44,330 nucleotides of DNA from a virus. Its lineage: Duplodnaviria > Heunggongvirae > Uroviricota > Caudoviricetes. The notes beneath the pieces are model-generated. The model did not search any database. It saw only the letters and a program-made list of their open reading frames with translations, and was not told where the DNA came from. A program made the position numbers and the translations under genes. The DNA is taken from IMG/VR virus record IMGVR_UViG_2541047714_000011. One strand, 5' to 3'. This document shows, piece after piece, positions 29,325-38,279 of the stretch (its first letter is position 1; each line of letters begins with the position of its first letter).

Positions 29325-31217
29325 TTAATACTCCGTCACGTTTTCCTGTCGCCACGCCTCGTCATATTCCGATTTCGGCATATTGGCGATGTAGCTATAA
29401 GGCGATCCTGATTCAAGTTGCAGGAACTGGTGCGATTGCTCGTCAAGGAACAACGGGACGCCACCTTCCCAACCTTCGCCGTTACGTTGTTTTTCAAGCA
29501 TCAAAACAGATGCAGGAGATGCCAGTAGCTGTTCGTCCTTCTCTGACATCTTTTCACCACTCTGAACTCTCTGTAACGCTCTCTCACGAGCCTTGTTACG
29601 CCAGATGATGAAAAGGTTGTCTGTCAGGTCTGTTATCGCTCCAGAGCCTTTTACGTCCATTTTCCCGGTTGGTTTTTCTTCGCTGTCACCTTTTCGCGAG
29701 TGAGTAACGAGAATGACGTGGGAGTTTGTTTTGTTTTTGAAATCGCAAATCGAGTCAACAAACGCCTTCTGCCCGTTATAGTCATCGTCGCCTATGCCAC
29801 ATTTCATCAGGCTGTCGATGATGAATAACTGGATGCCGTATCGGCGGCGAGCGTAGTCGAATATTTCGATCAGCCTGTCGGCTTTCGCCGTTCCGGTCAG
29901 GCCAAACACCCAAAGTCTTTCGTCATAAAATTTAAATGCAGAGTCAATTTCCAGCACTGGCGGCATCTTGCAGCACGTCGCCTGACGGGTAAGTCGCTTA
30001 AGGAGAATGCCTGGCTTCAGCTCAAGTGACGCGATGCACGTCTTCACACCCTGACGCATTGCCTCAAGTGCCATATGCCCGACAACCTCCGTTTTTCCGT
30101 GACCGTTCACACCATTGACCAGCGTCAACTCGGCCTCACGGAACTGGAATTTATCTGCCAGAGATTCCCACGGTGGATTAAACAGATACTGCTGCTTGCC
30201 GTAGAAAGCGTTGATAGTGTCCTGGTAAAACTCTCGCGCGCTGTAGAGTTCTTCAGGATCGAAGTAGGATGCCGTGCCGATGTACTGCCAGATTTCATCC
30301 TCGGTAACACCGTTCATCAGGCATTCGTTGATGTCTTTGTACGGCAGAGTAACAAGACGGCAACGATGTTCACCGAGTCGGCTTGCGATTTCCCTTGCGG
30401 CTTCACGACCAACATCATCAACATCCATCGAGATGAATATTTCCTCAAACCTGTCGAGGTTGTGATACTCAAACTCAATCCACTGTTGCTTAGCGCCTTT
30501 CCCGCCACCAAACGGCACGGATAACGCCGAGATGCCGTATTGCGCATAGCTCATACAATCAATTTCGCCTTCGCAAAGTACAACCGCCCTCACGCCAGCG
30601 TCCAGAGCCTGCCATCCGAACAGACAAGGTTCGCAATCACCTTCTGCCATAATGACTTTCTTCCCGTCCGGGCGCTCAGTGCTGATTCGCTTTACCTGCA
30701 ACAACTCACCATCGCGTTTGTACGGAATCACCAGAGCATCCAGTTCTCGCTCTCCATTCCACACCTTGCCGCTGACAACCTCGTAGCGCTTTACGATTTC
30801 TGGCGATATGCCACGCGATTGCAGGTACTCAAGATGGGATTCTGTTCTGGTAACGTAGCGGGCGATTTTCTTGCGGTCAGGTCTGGAGAATTTCTTCTCA
30901 CGTTTGGCATCGAAATGGTGATCGTCATCCTTGATTCCGAGAAAGGCTTTCGCTTCCTGCATAGCCTGATGCAGGTTAATTCCACGACATGCCATCCACA
31001 AATCAAGCATGTCACCGCCGTCTCCCTCAGCGAAATCAGCCCATTTTTTCTTGCCGCTAAGGTTGACCTTAAGGCTGTTTCCCTTGTCACCGTTGACGTT
31101 ACCGGCAACCCACTCATGCCCCTCTTTCTTGCCGTTTGGCAACAGGTGCGGAGCCACCCTGTCAACCTGCGCCCAAAGCAGGTCACTGAGTTCTGATGGA
31201 CTCAAAGGTGCCTCCAT
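29325..31217 (-). CDS. Replicative primase-helicase (TOPRIM plus DnaB-like/P-loop helicase)
   Basis: 630 aa; TOPRIM-like VVLCEGEIDCMSYAQYG; Walker A GVNGHGKT; occupies the P position next to O. Confidence 0.8.
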   Translation of the reverse strand: MEAPLSPSELSDLLWAQVDRVAPHLLPNGKKEGHEWVAGNVNGDKGNSLKVNLSGKKKWADFAEGDGGDMLDLWMACRGINLHQAMQEAKAFLGIKDDDHHFDAKREKKFSRPDRKKIARYVTRTESHLEYLQSRGISPEIVKRYEVVSGKVWNGERELDALVIPYKRDGELLQVKRISTERPDGKKVIMAEGDCEPCLFGWQALDAGVRAVVLCEGEIDCMSYAQYGISALSVPFGGGKGAKQQWIEFEYHNLDRFEEIFISMDVDDVGREAAREIASRLGEHRCRLVTLPYKDINECLMNGVTEDEIWQYIGTASYFDPEELYSAREFYQDTINAFYGKQQYLFNPPWESLADKFQFREAELTLVNGVNGHGKTEVVGHMALEAMRQGVKTCIASLELKPGILLKRLTRQATCCKMPPVLEIDSAFKFYDERLWVFGLTGTAKADRLIEIFDYARRRYGIQLFIIDSLMKCGIGDDDYNGQKAFVDSICDFKNKTNSHVILVTHSRKGDSEEKPTGKMDVKGSGAITDLTDNLFIIWRNKARERALQRVQSGEKMSEKDEQLLASPASVLMLEKQRNGEGWEGGVPLFLDEQSHQFLQLESGSPYSYIANMPKSEYDEAWRQENVTEY

Positions 31218-31696
31218 GCGTTTCCTCTGCGGATTGTGGAAATTTGCATTTCACTCACTCCGTATTTAGTGGATAGTTCGCTTAGTTTCATACCAACAGA
31301 ATTCCTGATATCAATCACATCAGTTTCAGATAGTTTTGCCCTACCATTAAAAACTCCCTTTGCGCTTTTCAGTCCGATGCTAAAAGCATGTTTTAAATTC
31401 TCTGAGCAGGTACACCATTCCAAGTTCCAAATGGCGTTATCCGATTTGTCGCCGTTGATATGATTTACTTCTGGCTTGCAATACGGATTTGGGATAAATA
31501 ATTGAGCTACAAGACGATGAACTTTTAACGTCTTCTGAATCCCATCGGAACACAAAGTGACTCTTAGATAACCCTTGTTATCCGGAGATGGATTCAAAAA
31601 CCTGCCTCTTAAATGTGAATAAACACGACCGTCTTTGGTTACAGAGTATTTACCCTCATAACCAGGTATATATTCTCCAACTTCAAGGCTCATCAT
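31202..31696 (-). CDS. HNH homing-type endonuclease (NUMOD4-like N-terminus, HNH, C-terminal HTH)
   Basis: 164 aa; GYEGKYSVTKDGRVYS; HNH VNHINGDKSDNAIWNLEWCTCSEN; AT-rich; inserted between O and the helicase. Confidence 0.8.
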   Translation of the reverse strand: MMSLEVGEYIPGYEGKYSVTKDGRVYSHLRGRFLNPSPDNKGYLRVTLCSDGIQKTLKVHRLVAQLFIPNPYCKPEVNHINGDKSDNAIWNLEWCTCSENLKHAFSIGLKSAKGVFNGRAKLSETDVIDIRNSVGMKLSELSTKYGVSEMQISTIRRGNAWRHL

Positions 31697-31803
31697 GATT
31701 CCCTCAGATTGAGATTTTTAAACCAGAAATCGACAAACGAAATACTTAACCAGCCGTGGTTATAACCAGCGACCAGTAGCGATTTGATTTTTGATTTCAT
31801 GGT

Positions 31804-32664
31804 TCACCTGTCGAAAAACACGTAGCCAGTTTTCGATACGGTGATTGCGGATGATGGTTTGGATTGTGGTTGAATAGTTTCTGGCTTCTCGTCGTTCCAG
31901 CGCTGACCGTTCAGGTAGCTCGATGGTAACAACCTGTCGAATCCGAACTGCTTACCATTCCTGCATGCGATGTCTTCTGCCAGCATCGTGGCAAACTCGC
32001 TTGCCGTACCCCTGGTAGTTTTACGCCATTCCCTGAACTGTGTTCTGAATGCCGAAGCTGCGTTTTTCTTCCCGGCCTTCCGCATGCCTGCACACCAGAA
32101 TATTTCCTCGAATGCCTTGTCGGTTTCTTCGTGACGGTCAGGTGATTTCTCACACTCCGTCCGAACACTTTCGGACATAGTGTTTTTATTATTTCTTTTT
32201 TCTTTTGTAATAGTTTCTTTTGTGTGTCCCTGTTTTGGTGACAGCGCTGTCACCGTTTTGGTGACACTTTTTGTCACCAATGCAGTGACATTATCACCAG
32301 AGTAGTGACACCCTTCGATTTGCCATTCCTCGATGTTCTTGTTAGGCCCGATTTTCTGGCCTTCGCGAAGGATAACCTTCATCGCGATAAGCTCATTCTT
32401 GGCCTTGTTTACCTTCTGTCTTGGCAGCCTGGTAATTTGAGCTAACTGACTATCAGAGATGCGATCCATCTTTTTACCGTAGCCGTATGTTTTACGGCAT
32501 ATGGCGTGGGCAACCTTGCTCTGATTTTTCGTTAAATCTGCGCCGATAAGCTCTTCATACAGGACATTTGCAAGACGGGTATAACCATCTTCAACTTCTG
32601 CCACACGACGCTCCACAGGCCGTTGTGAAGGCCTTAAATGTGTTACGGTTGCAAGATTACTCAT
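31804..32664 (-). CDS. O: Replication initiator, lambda O-like N-terminal domain
   Basis: 286 aa; N-terminal region ([54 protein letters not shown]) resembles lambda O; ori iterons inside the gene. Confidence 0.8.
   Translation of the reverse strand: MSNLATVTHLRPSQRPVERRVAEVEDGYTRLANVLYEELIGADLTKNQSKVAHAICRKTYGYGKKMDRISDSQLAQITRLPRQKVNKAKNELIAMKVILREGQKIGPNKNIEEWQIEGCHYSGDNVTALVTKSVTKTVTALSPKQGHTKETITKEKRNNKNTMSESVRTECEKSPDRHEETDKAFEEIFWCAGMRKAGKKNAASAFRTQFREWRKTTRGTASEFATMLAEDIACRNGKQFGFDRLLPSSYLNGQRWNDEKPETIQPQSKPSSAITVSKTGYVFFDR
32237..32313. repeat. Replication origin iterons inside O, with adjacent AT-rich tract (about 32183-32225)
   Basis: Four inverted-repeat units: GGTGACAgcgcTGTCACC (32237-32254), GGTGACActttttGTCACC (32260-32278), aGTGACAttaTCACC (32284-32298), GTGACACCC (32305-32313); codon positions checked against the O translation. 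Confidence 0.6.
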
Positions 32665-32803
32665 GACCTTTCTCCTTCTGCATCAGCTTCACTTTTTCCA
32701 ACTCAGCCCGGAATCGACCAGGCTGCTTGAAGCTGGACAGGAAGCGATCACGTAGTATGTGTTTGTGAATTTTGTCCTGGTAAGGACTGAGTTGTTTTGT
32801 CAT
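32657..32803 (-). CDS. Hypothetical 48-aa protein between cII and O
   Basis: Hand-translated [48 protein letters not shown]; AGGAG upstream; overlaps the O start. Confidence 0.3.
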   Translation of the reverse strand: MTKQLSPYQDKIHKHILRDRFLSSFKQPGRFRAELEKVKLMQKEKGHE

Positions 32804-32837
32804 AATTACTCCTGTGGATTGATCCAGTCTTTCTACA

Positions 32838-33116
32838 TCAGGCCTCGAAGAATTCGCCGTTCTTCGGGGCTTTTTCTTTTGTCAGCATTCTGGCTACTTT
32901 CTTAGCCAGTTCCGCCAACTCCTCGTCTTCAACACCCCATTCAAGAACAGCCAGAAGCATTCCCATTTTGGGGATGAAGCTGTCTTTCCATCGCGAAATT
33001 TGCGATTCATTAATCCCTAACGCGTCGGCAACCTTTCGCTGACCACGTACAGCAATTCGATTCAGGATGTTGCTTGTAATTGCATTCGCTTTCTTGCGAG
33101 TACTTGTAAGTTGCAT
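32838..33116 (-). CDS. cII: CII-like transcriptional activator
   Basis: 92 aa; ...[57 protein letters not shown] closely parallels lambda CII. Confidence 0.85.
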   Translation of the reverse strand: MQLTSTRKKANAITSNILNRIAVRGQRKVADALGINESQISRWKDSFIPKMGMLLAVLEWGVEDEELAELAKKVARMLTKEKAPKNGEFFEA

Positions 33117-33173
33117 ATGTAAGTATTTCCTTAACTAATAAGAAGTTATGCGCATCAACTTATGCGCGTTGTA

Positions 33174-33218
33174 TTCCCGCATTTCGGCGGGAATGATGAC
33201 CATGACTGTTAAAGAGCG
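33174..33218 (-). promoter_or_regulatory. nutR-like site (boxA plus boxB hairpin)
   Basis: Minus strand: boxA cgctctttaaca, 13-nt spacer, boxB ttcccgccgaaatgcgggaa; the same boxA/boxB recurs at nutL. Confidence 0.5.
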
Positions 33219-33224
33219 GTGTTA

Positions 33225-33419
33225 CTATTTGTTTTTCTTGTTGCTTGGGAAAGGACGAACTTCCTCTCCAATCACACTGCCATCAGGCTTTACCGTAACC
33301 ATAATGTTACGACCTGCCAGAATGGCCTTGCTGATAGCGCACTGGATTACACCAAAGTCACTGGCTGCTTTAGCCTGTCCATGGATTTTGGCGTAATCGG
33401 CAAGTGTCATTCGAATCAT
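33225..33419 (-). CDS. cro: Cro repressor
   Basis: 64 aa from ATG at 33419 (GGAG upstream); ...[58 protein letters not shown] parallels lambda Cro. Confidence 0.85.
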   Translation of the reverse strand: MIRMTLADYAKIHGQAKAASDFGVIQCAISKAILAGRNIMVTVKPDGSVIGEEVRPFPSNKKNK

Positions 33420-33450
33420 ATGCACTCTCCGTTATTAACCATGAACAAAG

Positions 33451-33490
33451 AATACTACAGGTATTCAAAGCAATCAATACTCAGGGTATT
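33451..33490. promoter_or_regulatory. OR operators (at least two) between cro and cI, overlapping divergent PR/PRM
   Basis: 15-bp palindromes AATACtacagGTATT (33451-33465) and AATACtcaggGTATT (33476-33490). Confidence 0.6.
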
Positions 33491-33525
33491 TTTAGTTTAA
33501 GTACCTTAGCTATTAGAATTAAGCT

Positions 33526-34242
33526 ATGGAAAATAAAAAATCACTGACGACAGAACAGCTCGAAGACGCTAAGCGGCTTAAGGCTTTGTATGAGTCAAAA
33601 AAGAAAGAATTGGGAATAACCCAATACTCAATCGCTGATGAACTGGGTATCACCCAAGGAGCGGTAGGGCATTATCTTAATGGCAGAAACGCGCTAAACG
33701 TTGAGGTTGCATCTGGTTTTGCACGGCTGTTGCAAGTCTCAATTGCTGATTTTAGCCAGTCAATTGCTGCCAAGGTTGCAGAACAGGCAGAAAGCCTTAA
33801 GAGCGATGCCAACGTAAGGTATGCAGGGGAATACAGAGCAGGAAAGAGGTATCCGGTGTTAAGCAGTATCCAGGCTGGCTCGTGGTGTGAAGCATGCGAA
33901 CCATACACCATTAAAGACATAGATGTTTGGCTTGAGTCTGACGCGCATATTCAAGGTAATGCGTTCTGGCTTAAAGTGGAAGGTGATTCAATGACGGCAC
34001 CGGTTGGGTTAAGCATTCCAGAGGGAACATTCGTTCTTTTCGATACCGGAAGGGAGGCGATCAACGGCAGCTTGGTCATAGCAAAACTTTCTGACTCTAA
34101 CGAAGCAACATTCAAGAAGCTGATAATCGACGGCGGAAATAAATACCTCAAGGGACTTAATCCTGCATGGCCTCTCGTGCCAATCAATGGAAACTGCAAG
34201 ATTATAGGCGTTGCAATTGAGACAAAACTAAGGCTGGTTTGA
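33526..34242 (+). CDS. cI: CI repressor (HTH plus S24 LexA-like autopeptidase domain)
   Basis: 238 aa; N-terminal HTH (QYSIADELGITQGAVGHYLNG), C-terminal S24-like domain; divergent from cro; no SD before the ATG. Confidence 0.85.
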   Translation: MENKKSLTTEQLEDAKRLKALYESKKKELGITQYSIADELGITQGAVGHYLNGRNALNVEVASGFARLLQVSIADFSQSIAAKVAEQAESLKSDANVRYAGEYRAGKRYPVLSSIQAGSWCEACEPYTIKDIDVWLESDAHIQGNAFWLKVEGDSMTAPVGLSIPEGTFVLFDTGREAINGSLVIAKLSDSNEATFKKLIIDGGNKYLKGLNPAWPLVPINGNCKIIGVAIETKLRLV

Positions 34243-34259
34243 TCACGCAAGGGGCGATT

Positions 34260-34628
34260 ATGGTTGGAACCGCTATAGCAAGCTTTTTTGGGATGTTGGC
34301 AATCTCGACAATTTACGGCTTAGCGCATGCTTTTATTGCGAAATCTCTATCAGAAAAAATAAGCCAGGCTTGGGCGCATAGATCAGCTCGTTTCATGATT
34401 CTGGTGATCATAGCAATACAAGGGATATCTGCATTTATCCTCTATGGATCAAGCTTATACCTATTGTATCAAGGCGCGACATTTACGCCTTACACCAGTG
34501 ATTACGGAACTCTATACGATGGTAGTGAAGACATCACTGTGGCTTGGATCGTCTTTGGTTTATCTATGGCCGTGTCTGTTGTAGCAGACATCATTAAGGT
34601 AATTCTCGTCTTAACCTTCGCTGACTAA
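34260..34628 (+). CDS. Hypothetical polytopic membrane protein (~122 aa) downstream of cI
   Basis: ATG at 34260 with AAGGGG upstream, 18 nt after the cI stop; 3-4 predicted TM helices; track ORF begins at TTG 34239 overlapping the cI stop. Confidence 0.5.
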   Translation: MVGTAIASFFGMLAISTIYGLAHAFIAKSLSEKISQAWAHRSARFMILVIIAIQGISAFILYGSSLYLLYQGATFTPYTSDYGTLYDGSEDITVAWIVFGLSMAVSVVADIIKVILVLTFAD

Positions 34629-34714
34629 CCTATAATCCCGGCAGCAATAGCTATCGGGATCCACTTCACATATCCCGCATAAAAAGCACTGAACAAGCAG
34701 AAACCGAAAAAATA

Positions 34715-34801
34715 AATATCCTTTGTATTCATTTGCTTATCATTATTTCATCAAAAATAAATACCTTGGGTATTTACACAATAAAATACCTAAAGTATTC
34801 T
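34715..34801. promoter_or_regulatory. OL operators and PL promoter
   Basis: AATATcctttGTATT (34715-34729), AATACcttggGTATT (34760-34774), AATACctaaaGTATT (34785-34799); -35 TTTACA (34773-34778), 17-bp spacer, -10 TATTCT (34796-34801); same half-sites as OR. Confidence 0.55.
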
Positions 34802-34847
34802 TTAGCCATCAGCAGGACGCTGGTAGCCAAACGGAACAGATTGGCAG

Positions 34848-34888
34848 GCTCTTTAACATTGATGGGATTGTCCCGCCGAAATGCGGGA
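34848..34888 (+). promoter_or_regulatory. nutL-like site (boxA plus boxB)
   Basis: boxA gctctttaaca (34848-34858), boxB tcccgccgaaatgcggga (34871-34888); identical core to nutR. Confidence 0.5.
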
Positions 34889-35199
34889 ACCAAAGAGTAG
34901 TTGGCTTTGGGGTGACGTGAAGTGCAGCTGCACGACGGCAACCGGAAGATAAGCACCCGGCGCGTCACCGCCAAAGTCAATTCCATAGGCGAAATGCAGC
35001 CGCCAAACACAGCCAATGCTGCACATGCAACAGGAGGATTTATGTGAATGCATAACTTCAAAACCGAGGTTAATTAAATCTCTCGATCCGAGCATTGACC
35101 TATTAGGTGGCGAGATGCTCTTTCTGCCCCTCAGTTCGAGGGGCCAGAAACCACTTTGCAATCACTATCAATTCCAAAGTTGTTTCATCGGAGGTCAAC

Positions 35200-35499
35200 A
35201 TGACAGTAGTCATTACATATCTGGCTGACGATAACGCCAGAAATCGCCGCAGAGCACGCAGACAGGCTCAACGTGAACAGGCAATGCAAGAGCAGCGACT
35301 GGCACGAAAAATTGCGCTAAAGCTCTCTGGTTGCGTCAGAGCAGATAAAGCAGCATCACTCGGAAGCCTTCGCTGCAAGAAGGCAGAAGAAGTCGATCGT
35401 AAACAGAATCGTATTTACTACAGCAAGCCACGCAGTGAAATGGGTGTGACTTGTGTTGGTCGCCAGAAAATGAAATTAGGCAGCAAACCACTTATTTGA
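35200..35499 (+). CDS. N: N-like antiterminator with arginine-rich motif
   Basis: 99 aa from ATG at 35200 (GGAGG upstream); N-terminal ARM DDNARNRRRARRQAQREQ; first gene after PL/nutL; track ORF is N-extended. Confidence 0.55.
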   Translation: MTVVITYLADDNARNRRRARRQAQREQAMQEQRLARKIALKLSGCVRADKAASLGSLRCKKAEEVDRKQNRIYYSKPRSEMGVTCVGRQKMKLGSKPLI

Positions 35500-35507
35500 G
35501 GTGAGAT

Positions 35508-35594
35508 ATGGAAGAAGAATTTGAAGAGTTCGAAGAGCATCCTCAGGATGTGATGGAACAATACCAGGACTATCCGTATGACTACGACTATTGA
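35508..35594 (+). CDS. Hypothetical 28-aa acidic peptide
   Basis: Hand-translated MEEEFEEFEEHPQDVMEQYQDYPYDYDY; strong SD GAGGTGAG upstream. Confidence 0.3.
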   Translation: MEEEFEEFEEHPQDVMEQYQDYPYDYDY

Positions 35595-35778
35595 TACAAA
35601 TCAATGGTGTGGACAATTCAAGCGATGCAATGGATGCAAGCTGCAATCGGAATGCATGGTTAAGCCTGAAGAAATGTTTCCTGTAATGGAGGATGGGAAA
35701 TATGTCGATAAATGGGCAATACGAACGACGGCAATGATTGCCAGAGAACTTGGTAAACAGAACAACAAGGCTGCCTGA
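35578..35778 (+). CDS. Hypothetical Cys-containing small protein (66 aa)
   Basis: Track ORF; CxxxxxC..CxxC pattern; weak SD. Confidence 0.35.
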   Translation: MTTTIDTNQWCGQFKRCNGCKLQSECMVKPEEMFPVMEDGKYVDKWAIRTTAMIARELGKQNNKAA

Positions 35779-35805
35779 TGGTGGCCTTTGTTTTTAAGGT
35801 GCTAT

Positions 35806-36048
35806 ATGAAAATTAAAACCATGGGAGCAAGCCCATTAAGCGGTCGTATTTTTCAAGGAACATTAAACACTGAAAAAGGAATGTGGGTAGGAAAGAAAGA
35901 AGATGTCACCGAACAGGCAGTTAAGGCAGTAGCTGAACACCTGATGATAAAAGACCAGAAATACGCATACGAAACGAAGGATGGCAAATGGCTGATAATA
36001 AGCCATCAACTGGTTGATAAATTACCAGAAGATTTTATTGCTGATTAA
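35806..36048 (+). CDS. Hypothetical protein (80 aa)
   Basis: ATG at 35806 after AAGGTG; AT-rich; not recognised. Confidence 0.4.
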   Translation: MKIKTMGASPLSGRIFQGTLNTEKGMWVGKKEDVTEQAVKAVAEHLMIKDQKYAYETKDGKWLIISHQLVDKLPEDFIAD

Positions 36049-36176
36049 ATTCACTTTGGAAATAAAAACAGAATAAACACTGCACTGTGTATTCATTCCA
36101 ACGAGTGAATACACGGAGCAATGTCGCTCGTAACTAAACAGGAGCCGACTTGTTCTGATTATTGGAAATCTTCTTT

Positions 36177-36203
36177 GCCCTCCAGTGTGAGGGCAATTTT
36201 TTT
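36177..36203 (+). terminator. Intrinsic terminator in the early-left operon
   Basis: gccctc-cagtgt-gagggc hairpin followed by aattttttt. Confidence 0.55.
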
Positions 36204-36215
36204 GACGGAGGAATT

Positions 36216-36632
36216 ATGGAAATTACAGATATTCTGGTTAATCCAGATAATTACGACCAATTCAATATCCCTACTCAATCAGTTGATTTAGGTTGTGCAA
36301 CTGTCAGCGCATGGCTACTTAATGGTAAACAGTTGGATAAATGCCTTGATGCACATATGACGGTTAACAGCTTCCTTGCAGAAAAAACACACTGGCAAGA
36401 TGCTGGAGGGAAATATGCTGGATGGCTTGAAAGCATGGGATTTGAATATCAATCTGATGAAGGTTGGTGGAGCCTTATAGCTGTAACGCCTGAGACAATA
36501 GAATGCTTCGTTAAATACTCAAACGACGATGACTATAAACACCAGGTAGATTCTGCGATAGAAAGATATAAAAGAAAATCATTCAGCCACGAAATATCAT
36601 CAGTTCTTGATTTCATAGAAATCTTCAAATAA
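36216..36632 (+). CDS. Hypothetical protein (138 aa)
   Basis: ATG at 36216 preceded by GGAGG; acidic, Trp-rich; not recognised; track ORF is N-extended through the terminator. Confidence 0.45.
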   Translation: MEITDILVNPDNYDQFNIPTQSVDLGCATVSAWLLNGKQLDKCLDAHMTVNSFLAEKTHWQDAGGKYAGWLESMGFEYQSDEGWWSLIAVTPETIECFVKYSNDDDYKHQVDSAIERYKRKSFSHEISSVLDFIEIFK

Positions 36633-36715
36633 GCCGCCAAGCGCGGCTTTACCGCATACCAATAATGCTTCACTCGAGGCGTTTTCGTTATGCAATCAAA
36701 TATAAGGAGTTACCC

Positions 36716-36850
36716 ATGATGCACTTTCAGCTCGCGGGTAGCGGCGTCATGTCCGCTTTCTACCCGCACGAATCTGAATTATCACGCCGAGTTAAACAAT
36801 TAATCAGAGCAGCAAAGAAACAACTGGAGGCGTTATGCGCAATGAAATAG
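36716..36850 (+). CDS. Hypothetical small protein (44 aa)
   Basis: ATG at 36716 preceded by AAGGAG. Confidence 0.3.
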   Translation: MMHFQLAGSGVMSAFYPHESELSRRVKQLIRAAKKQLEALCAMK

Positions 36851-36987
36851 CCATTAATCACCAGATGCTTCGTGCAGCACAAAACAAAGCAGTAATAGCC
36901 AGATTTATTGGTGATTCAAAAATGTGGCTTGAAGCAAATAAAGCAATGAAATCAGCTATCAACCTTCCGTGGTATCGCAGGAAATGA
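36835..36987 (+). CDS. Hypothetical small protein (50 aa)
   Basis: Hand-translated MRNEIAINHQMLRAAQNKAVIARFIGDSKMWLEANKAMKSAINLPWYRRK; GGAGG upstream. Confidence 0.3.
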   Translation: MRNEIAINHQMLRAAQNKAVIARFIGDSKMWLEANKAMKSAINLPWYRRK

Positions 36988-37068
36988 GTTTTACAGATAA
37001 CTGGTCAGACGAAGAATTCATTCGCCAGATGAACAAAATGCTCAATCAGCACAAAGAACAGGAGAAAG

Positions 37069-37380
37069 ATGATGATTCTGACTCTGAATGATAAGCGTGA
37101 AATATCGCAAATCATCGCAAGTTTTACTGATGAAGATTACGAACGAATCAACAGTGAAGTTGATCGCCTCTGCAAACGCTGCGACCCAATAAGCGAAATG
37201 CTTCGCTCATATAAACCAGATGAACACACTAAGGACGCTATCGACTGGCTGGAAGATGATGACTGTGACTATCAGGAAAAAGCCGCTGAATGGTTCTGGG
37301 ATGCAATAACCAAAAGAGTTAAGGCTGAATATGCCTTCGCAATATTCAAACGCAGACACATTTTTGGAGAAGCGGCATGA
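37069..37380 (+). CDS. Hypothetical acidic protein (103 aa)
   Basis: Track ORF; AGGAGAAAG upstream; stop overlaps the recT start (ATGA). Confidence 0.4.
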   Translation: MMILTLNDKREISQIIASFTDEDYERINSEVDRLCKRCDPISEMLRSYKPDEHTKDAIDWLEDDDCDYQEKAAEWFWDAITKRVKAEYAFAIFKRRHIFGEAA

Positions 37381-38279
37381 GCAATATCGTTGAATTCGTT
37401 AAACAGCAAGAGCAGTTATTCTGCGGAGCATTGACTGAACAGACGGTGACATGGGCTAAGGAAAGCCAGTTTGCAATTCAGTATTTCCAGAAAAATGATT
37501 ACCTGGCTAAAACGGCACTGGCAAATCCAACCAGCGCACAGAACGCCATCATCAATGTTGCGGCGATCGGCATCACCTTAAACCCGGCCAGCAAACTTGC
37601 TTATCTAGTTCCGCGCGACGGCATGGTTTGCCTTGATATCAGCTATATGGGATTACTTCACCTTGCACAGTCGACAGGATCAATTAAGTGGGGGCAATGC
37701 AAACTGGTGTACTCAAACGACACCTATGAATCAAACGGCCTTGATTCAGCACCAACCCACAAATACAACGCATTTGGTGAGCGAGGCTCTATTGTTGGTG
37801 GTTATTGCACGGTTAAAACAGCAGATGGTGACTACCTGACTGAAGAAATGAGTCTGGCAGAAATTAAAGCTGTGGAAGCAACGAGCAAGGCAAAGAATGG
37901 ACCGTGGAAAACATTCTGGGAAGAGATGGCGCGTAAAACAATAGTTAAACGCGCCAGCAAATACTGGCCTAAAGCCCAGCGACTGGATAATGCCATTCAC
38001 CTGCTTAACGAAGATGAAGGTATGCATCAGGAACCAGTTATGCCGCACAAATCAGAGGAAGATATACGCGAAGATGAACGGAAACGCCAGCAGGAAATAA
38101 TGGATAAAGCACAACTTCTTTGTGATGAAATGGCTCAAGCAGAAAACATGGATGATTTGAAGCGATATTTTGCAGAAGCATATCGCCTGACATCTGGAAT
38201 GAAATTGCAGCAGAACGTACAAGCCATTTACATAGAATGCAAAGCGAAACTGGAGGTTGCCAGTGAGCAAACTGTATGA
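37377..38279 (+). CDS. recT: RecT-family single-strand annealing protein
   Basis: 300 aa; NGPWKTFWEEMARKTIVKRASKYWP parallels the RecT motif NGPWVTHWEEMAKKTAIRRLFKYLP. Confidence 0.8.
   Translation: MSNIVEFVKQQEQLFCGALTEQTVTWAKESQFAIQYFQKNDYLAKTALANPTSAQNAIINVAAIGITLNPASKLAYLVPRDGMVCLDISYMGLLHLAQSTGSIKWGQCKLVYSNDTYESNGLDSAPTHKYNAFGERGSIVGGYCTVKTADGDYLTEEMSLAEIKAVEATSKAKNGPWKTFWEEMARKTIVKRASKYWPKAQRLDNAIHLLNEDEGMHQEPVMPHKSEEDIREDERKRQQEIMDKAQLLCDEMAQAENMDDLKRYFAEAYRLTSGMKLQQNVQAIYIECKAKLEVASEQTV

Noticed and set aside
30075-31269. Plus-strand track ORFs inside the primase-helicase (for example 30540-31196)
   Set aside because: Antisense to a long coding gene with clear motifs
35126-35144. 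Hairpin gcccctc-agttc-gaggggc first taken as nutL boxB
   Set aside because: A boxA/boxB pair matching nutR exactly lies upstream at 34848-34888; this hairpin is more likely additional leader structure
35016-35228. 70-aa track ORF in the N leader
   Set aside because: Overlaps the nutL-to-N leader and the N start; no SD; more likely non-coding leader
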